64,000 nt of DNA from assembly GCA_001179505.1 (NCBI GenBank), contig CDMY01000466.1:248001-312000 (forward strand), written 5' to 3'. The notes beneath the pieces are model-generated. The model ran no database searches. It worked only from the letters and a program-made list of their open reading frames with translations, and had not been told where the DNA came from. Source of the DNA: Vitrella brassicaformis CCMP3155 (lineage: Eukaryota; Protista; Chromerida). Shown piece by piece: positions 50,858 to 60,290 of this stretch. The translations under genes and the position numbers were made by a program. The first letter of the stretch is position 1, and each line of letters starts with the position of its first letter.

Positions 50858-51972
50858 AGGGATGGCCTTACACGTCGCCCTCCCCTTCGACCATCCACAG
50901 CCGAACCGCGTCAGCGACGTCCTCGTACCCGCCCAACCAAGGCCCAGCGGCAACTCCACCCGCCGAGCTACCTTCGCTGTCCGACCCGCAGCACCCTTTT
51001 CACCAGCTCATGGCGCGGCAGATGAAGCTCGACACCAACCAACCGACCACCGGCAGCTTCAAGGCCGAAGCGGCACTGCGCCTCCTTGTTTGTGTGCAGG
51101 TGGCGTCGCTGAGACCGCTGTGAGCCCCCGCTCCACCACATATATGTACATATAGAGTCTTCATTGTTTTTGGAACAGCAGCAGACGTCGAATTCTCTCT
51201 CTGTGTGTCTGTGTGTACAGATCGCTGCCTACATTTTATATCTGTCGGAGTCGTTTGTGGATCTGCTCGCCCTTGCACAGTGCACGACATCAACGCGACC
51301 ATGCGGCTGCGGGGGTGCGGAAGTGACATCGTCAAAGTGGTTGGGCTTCATGTAATCGGACTTCACTTGCTGCAGCCATCGTCTCTATCGTGGCTGCTCT
51401 CTATGGCCACTCAGTGGGTCATCAAAGCAGAGCTGCTGGGTACTTGTTTATGTGGTGTGGGTCATTCGTTCCTCTGTTGGTTGTTGCCTGCTTCAGTCGG
51501 GCCTCTGTCGATGGTATGTAGCGGACGACCAATCCGACTCGGTGGCAGCAGAATTCAACAGCGCAGAATTCAACAAACTCAAGAGCCGGAGCGACTTGAT
51601 GCCCTTCCTCCGCTCGCCGGAGGCGGATTTTAAGGAGTTCTGGGCGGGCATCTACTACCGACTGTCAAAAAGTGCGAGGCAAGGAGACGCGACGGGAGGC
51701 GGTGGCGATGAGCGCTATCAGCGACTGCTGACCGGTCCCATCGAGGACCACACCACCATCGACTGCACCTGGGAGAGGGAGGGGGATGAGCAGCATCGGG
51801 TCATCATGCTCAAGGGCACGAAGGAGGGCGACACCGTCGCCGCCCACCTGTGGCTCAACAACATGCTCAACAATGGCTACATCACCCTCTACACGACCGA
51901 TTGATGTCCCTGGTCCGCACCCTGCTGGCCAAACACGGCCTCGTCCACCTCATACCCATCATGCTGCAGTAG
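50858..51972 (+). pseudogene. Degenerate member of a multicopy lineage-specific gene family
   Basis: Intron-like boundaries are intact (e.g. tgtacag|ATCGCT at ~51221, cttcag|TCGGG at ~51497), but protein-like sequence switches frame repeatedly: FVDLLALA to TVHDINATMRLRG (~51280), RLGGSRI to FNSAEFNKLKSR (~51560, at a duplicated CAGAATTCAACA), and GYITLYTTD* to LMSLVRTLLAKHGLVHLIPIMLQ* (51904-51972). Confidence 0.5.
50883..51038 (+). repeat. Diverged tandem copy C of the first ~150 bp of the repeat unit
   Basis: cccttcgaccatccacagccgaac...cttcgctgtccgacc...cagatgaagctcgacaccaa aligns with the start of copies A and B. Translates PSTIHSRT..SYPPNQGP..ELPSLSDPQHPFHQLMARQMKLDTN. Confidence 0.85.
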
Positions 51973-52236
51973 AGAAGAGCACACGGGTGACAGGGGAGGA
52001 CAACAAGCAGTGCCACAGATGGTGGTCTGTGTATGTGTGTCTGTGTGTCTGTGTGGGTGTGTGTGCGTGCGTGTGTGAGTGGATGCCTTCCGCCTGTTCG
52101 GCTGACTGCCTAAGTGACTGGATGGCTGCCTGTGTGTGAATGGATGGATGGATGTGTGGGATGGATGGGTCTTGTTTTGTTTTTTCCGTCGTTTGTAACT
52201 GTGCCCATGTAGTTGCTTGGATGAGTTTCTTGGACC

Positions 52237-52269
<33 letters not shown>

Positions 52270-52865
52270 TAGTCTGTATGACGACGCCGTGCAGCTCCAG
52301 CCGGCCTCCAAGCCCCACCACGAAAAGGGGGCGCAGGTGAGCCCAACCTGTGCATGAATGTATGTATGCATACTCGATACACCTGCTGTCTGTTTGTGGA
52401 GTTGCTGCTTCTCAGGAATTGCAGTGCATTCAGAGAAGCCGTTCAATTACTTCGACGGCTTAACAGGCAATCTCTGTTTGCGGTCTGGCGGTAGGCTCTC
52501 TTTCTCCTACAGGCAGTGGTGGCCTCTGATGGGAGATGATTGCTGCCTGCATTTTATATCCGTTTGTCCTCGTTCAGCAAGCACACGTGCGCTAAATCGA
52601 TTACGCATGCATAAGTCAAGCTGTGCAACAGACATTGCAGAAGTGCCCTGCTCGGCCAGACGTCTGTGACCATATATGCAAAGCGAACAATTGCATGGAT
52701 AAAAGCCCAGGTTGGGATCATGCGAGCTTGTATGCGTAGCAAAAAGCCCAAGTTCCCTCCGGGGTTACAGACACGAGTCTCGTTAAACACACTAACCAAC
52801 CAACCAACCAAGTTAAAATTGACTAAAAAATCATGTCAAGCAACGGTCCGACAGATACCAACGGG

Positions 52866-53919
52866 ATGAAGGACAACGCCAGGCTGCCGGTGGTCTTGAC
52901 GATTGCTGGATCTGACAGTGGCGGCGGGGCGGGCATTCAAGCTGACCTCAAGACATTCTTCGCCCTCAGATGCCATGGAACGAGGTGAGCATCGCATGCT
53001 GTGTGCGTCGATGAGGCGTGCATCGCAAGGAGCCACGGCTCCTTTCTCTCGTGTGTTTGTGCCTGCAGCGCTATTACCTGCCTTACAGCCCAGAACACGA
53101 CAGCAGTTGACGCCATCCACGCCGCTCCCCCTTCCTTCGTTGCTCAGCAGATCAAGACCATCACTGCTGACTTCAGTCTGTCCGCCATCAAGACGGGCAT
53201 GCTCTACTCCAAGGCCATCATCGAGAGTGTCGTGGACACGCTCAAATGCGTGCTGCTTCAGGAGGGGGCCGCGGATCTGGCTATTGTGGTTGATCCGGTG
53301 ATGGTGGCTGCGAGCGGCGCTCGATTGGTGGAGGCCAACGCCATTGAGGCGATGAAGGAGCAGCTGCTGCCGCTCGCTACCATCGTCACACCCAATGTGC
53401 CCGAGGCGGAGGCGATGCTGCACGACTACAAGGTGAGTATACAAAGAGTGAGTGGCCGCATGTGTGCTGGCGCATGGCATTTCTGCGTGTGTGTGTGTGT
53501 GTGTGTCCTTCCTATAGGACAGCAGTGGGTCACGTCCTTTCCGCGAGATCTCGTCAATCGAGGCGATGAAGGGCGCCGCGCAAGCCGTCTGCGACCTCTA
53601 CAACGTTCGCTCCTGCCTCATCAAAGGCGGCCACCTCACCGCTGCAGCCGACCCCTCTGAGGCTGCTGATGTCCTCTTCGTTCGTGAGACGGGGAGGCAT
53701 CATGTGTTTGCGGGCAAGCGGCTGCCGCTGGTCAACGTGCATGGGACGGGATGCACGCTGGCCAGTGCCATTGCTGCGTTTCTGGCGAGGGGCAAGAGCG
53801 TCGATGATGCGTGCCGGCTTGGCAAGGCGTATGTGAAGCATGCCATTGAAGCGGCCTACCCGCTGGGCAGCAGGTCGAGGGGACTGGAACATCGCTGGAG
53901 TGACGATGATGTGTTGTAA
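52866..53919 (+). CDS. thiD: Hydroxymethylpyrimidine/phosphomethylpyrimidine kinase (thiamine biosynthesis/salvage)
   Basis: [97 protein letters not shown]. Two introns (52985-53068, 53432-53517), both of which restore the frame. Confidence 0.97.
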
Positions 53920-54239
53920 GGGCAGTGCAGTGAGGTGGTCTAACCTGTGAGCAGCTGTGAGATTCACATAATGTGCTGTCAGTGATGTGAATGGGCGGAT
54001 GGGCTAGACAATGGTTTACAAGCTAGCTAGGTGATTGCGTCTTTCAGAGCTAAGTTGATGTCTTCGTGGCTTCCTGTCGCTCTCTCTCTTCCGAGAGAAG
54101 TGCCTCTGTGCTGCCAGTGCTTGTGCATGGGTGTTTGCTGATACGCATATGCGTGGGGACGCTTCCGTGGCTGAAGGGCGCGCGCCCAGCACACCTGAAT
54201 CTGTGTGTCTGTCAAATGAAATGGTGGATGTGTCAAGCA

Positions 54240-56100
54240 AGATATATTTAGCTTAGATGAGGATGAGTCCATCCATCCATCGGCCGGCCAGTAAGTAATC
54301 CAGTCAGCCAGTCATGCCATACACGCACGGACCGACCTACCCACCAAGCTGACAATAGCCACAGAGAGGGAGACAGCAGACAGACAGACAGACAGACACA
54401 CACACAGACAGACAGACCGCAGACAGACCGCAGACGGACCGAGCCAGTCGGTCGACAGCCAGCCAGCCAGCTATACACAAGAAAGCACACACCACGGACG
54501 GCAACAACACAACAAAAACTACACGCAATGCAATGCAATTCCATCATTAATGCGGTAGGGGGGGNNNNNNNNNNNNNNNNNNNNNNNNNNNNNNNNNNNN
54601 NNNNNNNNNNNNNNNNNNNNNNNNNNNNNNNNNNNNNNNNNNNNNNNNNNNNNNNNNNNNNNNNNNNNNNNNNNNNNNNNNNNNNNNNNNNNNNNNNNNN
54701 NNNNNNNNNNNNNNNNNNNNNNNNNNNNNNNNNNNNNNNNNNNNNNNNNNNNNNNNNNNNNNNNNNNNNNNNNNNNNNNNNNNNNNNNNNNNNNNNNNNN
54801 NNNNNNNNNNNNNNNNNNNNNNNNNNNNNNNNNNNNNNNNNNNNNNNNNNNNNNNNNNNNNNNNGCAATGCAATGCAATTCCATCATTAATGCGGTAGGG
54901 GGGGGGGGGGGGGGGGGGCCATTCACTCAATGTGTATGCGATATTGGGTCTTCAAATGGGTTGTTGGGGTGCGGTGGAGTGGGGTGGGGTGGGTGGCACT
55001 TATATATATGTATCCATCCCATCTATCGACAAGACGACAGACACGAGTTGAGACGAAGGCTGTTCGCTTCTGAGAGAGGAGCTGGCTACAGCTCTCTCCC
55101 TCTGCCAACCGCCCCCGCCACACACACAAAATGGATACACAATTGCAGGCACCAGGCAGCCAAAATGACCACAGTCAGTCGGGCTACACAACTACAAAAC
55201 ACAGATGAGCATGAAAGTGTGCATGAATCGTGATGGCCTTGATACACACGTCTGTGTCTCGGTCTGTCTGTCCGACTGACTGACTGACGCCACGTCCGCC
55301 CGCCCCGCCACGAGAGAAAAGGAATCGCCGATCGAGCGTCATGGCAAAACCCATATGTACACACACACACACACATATACACACGTACACACATACACAT
55401 ACCTATGTACAGGCAAAGTAGGCACACACATTTCTGCCCGCATCCCATCGAATGCAATGCACACCTCCATCCATCCATCCGCCACACAACACAACATAGC
55501 ACATATACACACACATATACATACACAATAGCACTATACGCCTTACGTAAACTTCGCCCTTCCCCCGGGCCAAAAGACCGCCCGACATAAAATGCCCAAA
55601 TCGCATACACATACACGTACACTTACACCCATCCTCGTTAGCAGACGACCGACATACCGCCCACCGACCCTCCCCCCACCCGACAGACCAATGACAGAGA
55701 AACGCACACGTACCGACAGACAGACAAACATACCGAAAAGCGTACCCCAGAACCAGCGATAAGCGGAAAGGACGAACGAAAAAACTGGCTTCCCTCTTCC
55801 TGCCTTCCTTCTGTGCCTGTGGATGGGATGAGTGTGTGGATTGGAGGGGTGGGTGCGTGCAACTACAGGCACTCCCACCAGTGAGTGTATGTGTGTGTGT
55901 GTGTGCGAGGCAGCTAGACGTAGAAAGGAAAACAACGAGGGAACCAACGAAGGAAGAGAGGGGAAGGGAGGACACATAAACACCATTCACTCACTGACTC
56001 GATCGCACTGCACGCAACACGTCACATCACATCACATTACCCATCTCATTCATCCACTCGCGCGATACACGCGCCCTTGCCTTGCCTCTCTCTCGGTCAC
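54240..56100. repeat. Microsatellite-rich intergenic region ((CA)n, (CAGA)n, (CATC)n, poly-G)
   Basis: Dense simple repeats with no credible coding frame. Spans the gap. Confidence 0.8.
54565..54864. other. Assembly gap (300 N) flanked by a duplicated 40-bp sequence ending in poly-G
   Basis: gcaatgcaatgcaattccatcattaatgcggtaggg... occurs at 54525-54564 and again from 54865, where it runs into 21 G. Confidence 0.98.
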
Positions 56101-56210
56101 TCCCCGCCCCGGCCCGCCCCACCTCAGTCACCCCACCACCCACAGTTAGATAGTATGTGTTGGCGTGATGGCGGCCCCTGCGCGCGCAAGGCAAAGGCAT
56201 TCCCTCCAAC

Positions 56211-58646
56211 TTACACCCTGTTGGTTGCGCTCTGCGGCGTGTGGGTGGTGGTGGGAGCATTCTCCTGCGCCTCGGCCTTGGCCTCCGCCCGCCTCTTCAT
56301 CACAAACGACACGAAGAAAGCCAGACCAGCCACTGCCAGGATGGCCGCAGCAACCACGGCCAAGATGACCCAGATGGGCATCCCCGCACCCTCGTCCTCT
56401 GTCGCCGCCTCGTCAAGCGTGGTCTCGCTCACATCAGCGCCCTGCACCTTGGTCGCCTCTGGGATGTCGGCCGTGGCAGCCTCCTCTTCGGAGGGCTCCA
56501 GCGGGCTGTTGACCGGCACCACGCTCGTGTCGGCCTCCTCCTCCTCCTTGAGCGACGCCTGGCTGGCGGACCCGTCATCCTCGATGTCCGCGAGAGACGC
56601 GTCAGCGGCCTCGTCAACCACCTTCTGCGTGGCGGACGGGGCTTCCTTGGGCGCGTCGGCGTCAGACACGGTGTCGTCCTTTTTGCTAGTCGCCTTCTCC
56701 TTCTCTGCTGCCTCCTTGGCCTCGGCGGCCTCGTCCGTCTTGTCCTCGATGAGTGCGGTCTCCTCGTCGACGGCAGAAGGCTTGTCGGCGGCTGCGGGCT
56801 TCTGCTTCCTGGTCGTGGTAGTGGTCGTGTCCGCGACGTCCGCCTCGTCCTCAACGGCCACGGGCATCACTGCCTCCTCCTCCGGCTCGCCCTGGGCGGT
56901 GTCCTCGGGCTCCTCGGGCGCAGCGGTGGTGGGCACCTCGACCTCCGCCTCGACCTCCGCCACTGCTGACATCCCAGAGCAGACGACGCCGCCCATTGCC
57001 GTTGGGTCGTCGATCTCATGCTCGGGTGCGTGGAAGCCGCTGCAGTAGATGGTTGAGTTGGCGGCGAAGACGGAAAAGAAGCGGCACTCGTTGGTGTCGT
57101 ACTGCTCCACGCACATGGCCGCGCACTTCTGCAGGGGGCTGCTCTGGTCTGCTGTGGTGGGGTCGAATCCCTGGGGCAGCGCCTCCATGGCGAGCTCGTC
57201 ACCACTGGCCAGCTCGGTCGTGAAGGCGCCGAAGCCGCCTTCATACCTCTTGCCCTCGACGTTCATGACGCCCTCGGCCTCGCAGACGTTGCTCTCGAGG
57301 ACGTACTGCTTGGAGGGGGGGTTCCAGTCGTCATAGACCTGCTCGAGGGGCGTGACGCCGAACTCGTCGTGTGCCATGCTGCTGCTGGCGGGGGCTGCGG
57401 GCGTGAGGGCCTCGTGCTTTGGTGTGATGGAGAGGGCGAGGTAGGAGCCGTCAGACATGGGGTCGTGGTCCTCCGACTTGACGATGACGGCCTTCTCAGG
57501 CGTGAAGTGGGCGTAGTTCACGTCAAAGGTGTGCGCGCCCACCTCCCACAGAGTCGTGTTGAGCGTCTCGAACTCGTCAACCCACTTCAGCGTGAAACCT
57601 GAACGAACACACACAGACGACCACCCGACACACACACACTCGATGGGCGGCTGCTGCCAGTGTGGTGTTTTGTTGTGATGTGTGTGCGGGCGGCCAGGCC
57701 ACATACCCTTGGTGACCGGGTCGTAGTCGTATGCCTTGACGTAATCGAAGTAGATGGTGAGTGGGAGTGTCTCGGGGTTGAACCGGCCGGCCCAGAACTC
57801 CGCCCAGAAGGGCTCGGGGTCGCAGGGCCAGAGGGAGATGCGGAGGTTCATCGGCTCCAGGAGCTGGGCGGGCTGGGGGCTGCAGGTCTCGGGGTCGGCT
57901 CCCTCGGCCTCGCAGGGGATGTCCATGCGGATCCTACGGCCGTCAAAGTACCAGGCGACGTACTCGGGTGTCCACTCGAGCGCAAAGTGGTGGAAGCCCT
58001 GCTTGATGGCGGCCTTCTGCGCCTCGATCTCGGAGGGGTGGCCCGCCGCGCCGAAAAAGATTTCGCTGATCTCTCGGTCGGTGAAGTTACCGGTGATCAT
58101 GTTGGTCTGGATGGGCACCTCCCCGTGGCCGCCCATCCCGTGCACCTCGTAGTCGATCTCCTGCCATGACGCCCCCGCGACCTTGTCGGAGTCGTTCTTG
58201 TAGAGGAAGAACGTGGCGACGGTGCCGTTGACGTCGATGTTGGGGTAGAGGCTGGCCTCGAAGCGGCCGTACATGAAGTTGTCCTTGCTGGTCAGCTCGG
58301 CAGCGTCGTAGCCCCGGCCGCACTCGCCCACACACGTGCCGCCCACGCCAGCACAGAAGCACTTGTCCTGGTTCATGTAGAAGCCATCCTCCGTCTGGTG
58401 GATGTCGTCAAAGGTCGTTACGGCCTGCCAAACCAAGGCAACCAACACACAGAGAGCGCCGGCGAGCAGACAGTCAACGCACACAAACGCACAAACAGAG
58501 AGAGAAAGCACAATTGAGGCGGTGGCTCAGAGAGGGTGTGCGGGGGGTGCAGGCGTGTGAGGCAGGGACTGAGGGGCTCTCTCTGGCTCACTGACCTGTC
58601 CCGCGATAAGTGGCAAAGCGGCGAGCAGCGCGAGCAGGACCCTCAT
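56211..58646 (-). CDS. Membrane-anchored glycoside hydrolase family 16 (beta-glucanase/licheninase-like) with PAN/apple-like Cys module, acidic stalk and C-terminal TM helix
   Basis: Signal exon MRVLLALLAALPLIAGQ (58646-58596). GH16 core YGRFEASL..NGTVATFFLY..WQEIDYE (catalytic EIDxE at 58146-58160)..GFHHFALEWTPEYVAWYFDG..PMNLRISLW..FDYVKAY. Cys module CAAMC-x8-CRFF-x10-C, then an E/D/A/T-rich stalk and TM IWVILAVVAAAILAVAGLAFFVSFVM followed by KRR. Introns 58595-58425 and 57706-57599. Confidence 0.9.
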
Positions 58647-58979
58647 GGCGACAGGCTGGCTGGACGGCTGGCACACGTGCGAGAAAGATGACCACGCGCG
58701 CAGCTGGAGGGAGCGAGTTGATTCCCGTTTTGTGTCCTCCCAACGCCTGTAACGGCATTGCACTTGGCTCAACGTAAACATCGATGACTCTGTTTTGGCT
58801 GATTTGATTGCACGTCCCTGTCAGTGTGTCATCGTCTCACTCCTCTCTCTTAAGGTCAACATCATTCCACCCCGTCGACAGTCTCACACACGACATGAGA
58901 TCACATGAGATCGCAGCACTGCCGGCAGCATGGCCAAACTCAGAAAAGACCTCCCGCACTATCTGTTGCCCTCCCTGCT

Positions 58980-60200
58980 CACACACGACACAGGCAGGGG
59001 ATGCCACACGCACACGCACACACACACACACACACACAGACCGAGTGACAGAACGAACGAGTCTCGGTCAGTTGGGGGCAACCACATGAAATGAAGAGAC
59101 GGACATGCACGCGCACACAGGTAAGTATGCGGAATCAGCAGCACGCACACACAGACGCAGGGAGAATGGACAAATCTCTCTCTTCCCATGGTGTTGATGT
59201 GTGGGTGTGCAGACGCCATTCCCGCCCTTATCAATCGTGGAGCATTCTGCAGGGTGGACGAGTGAGCGAGTGGGTGGCAAAACTGACTGACCTGACCATG
59301 GACTACGTACGGTACGGTCGGTGTACGTGAGAAATCGACCCAGCCAGCCACCGTGTGTATGAATGAAATCAGGCTGTGAGTGTGTCTATGAAATCCTCGA
59401 TAAATAGCCCTTCCCTCATTCACCGCCCCATCGCATCCCATCCCTATCGGATGGCCTCGCCCCCTCCCGTCCCCCCCGGCCTCCCGTCCCCCCCGGCCGT
59501 CGCCCAGACACACACGCACACGCACACAGGACACACGCAGACACACACACATATACATGTACATAGCGCATTCACACATGAACACGGCACCGGACGTTAC
59601 GTTTCGTTTCGGGCGCGCTTTGCTGGGCATGGTGTGCACCCAGCTAGCCAGCCAGCCAGCCAGACAGGCAGACAGACAGACAGACAGGCAGACAGACAGG
59701 CAGACAGGCAGACACTGAACGGACAGGTGTGTATGTATCGCTGGTAGGCAACAGCGTGGTTCGTACTCGCTGTCCACTCACTCACTCACTCACTCACACT
59801 GACATCACATCCATAAACACCCACACATCCGCTCATCCACGACGCTTGATCTGTGCCCCTAATCGGGGCAGACACACGCATTCACCGCCACAACACGTAC
59901 CGGACACGGACGCTTTTCTGGCTGCATGACCCGACTTCTTCTCTTCAAACAGTGCACTCGTCATCCCCTTTGCAAAAGTGAGTGCGCGTACACCCCTCCC
60001 TCCCTCCCTCCCCCGCCCCTTGCTTACACAAGCACAAGCAGCAGCAGCAACAGCACTACCGACCGTCCCTGTAGTGAGAACACGCTGACAGACAGACAGA
60101 CAGACAGGCAGACAGAAACACACAAATCAAATCAAATCAAATGAAATGAAGTGGAGGATGCACACCCCACCCACACACCGCATCCATCCAGTCAGTGCTG
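58980..60200. repeat. Microsatellite-rich intergenic region ((CA)n, (CAGA)n, (CAGC)n, (CTCA)n, C-rich tract)
   Basis: Visible simple repeats between the GH16 gene start and the PAS gene end. Confidence 0.75.
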
Positions 60201-60290
60201 GCAAGCAGTGATCAGCCCACGCAATCAAACACAAAATAGAGCCAACGGTCAAAAGAGACCGGGCAGACAAACGCACGGACACGCCTCACT

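Noticed and set aside
52350-53520. TPP riboswitch associated with thiD
   Set aside because: No CUGAGA/ACCUG/GxxAAUxC core in the upstream region or either intron.
54519-54930. ORFs spanning the N gap
   Set aside because: Artefacts of translating Ns.
59118-59128. ATACTTACCTG on the minus strand, identical to the U1 snRNA 5' end
   Set aside because: Following sequence lacks U1 stem-loops and an Sm site. It is better read as a perfect plus-strand splice donor.
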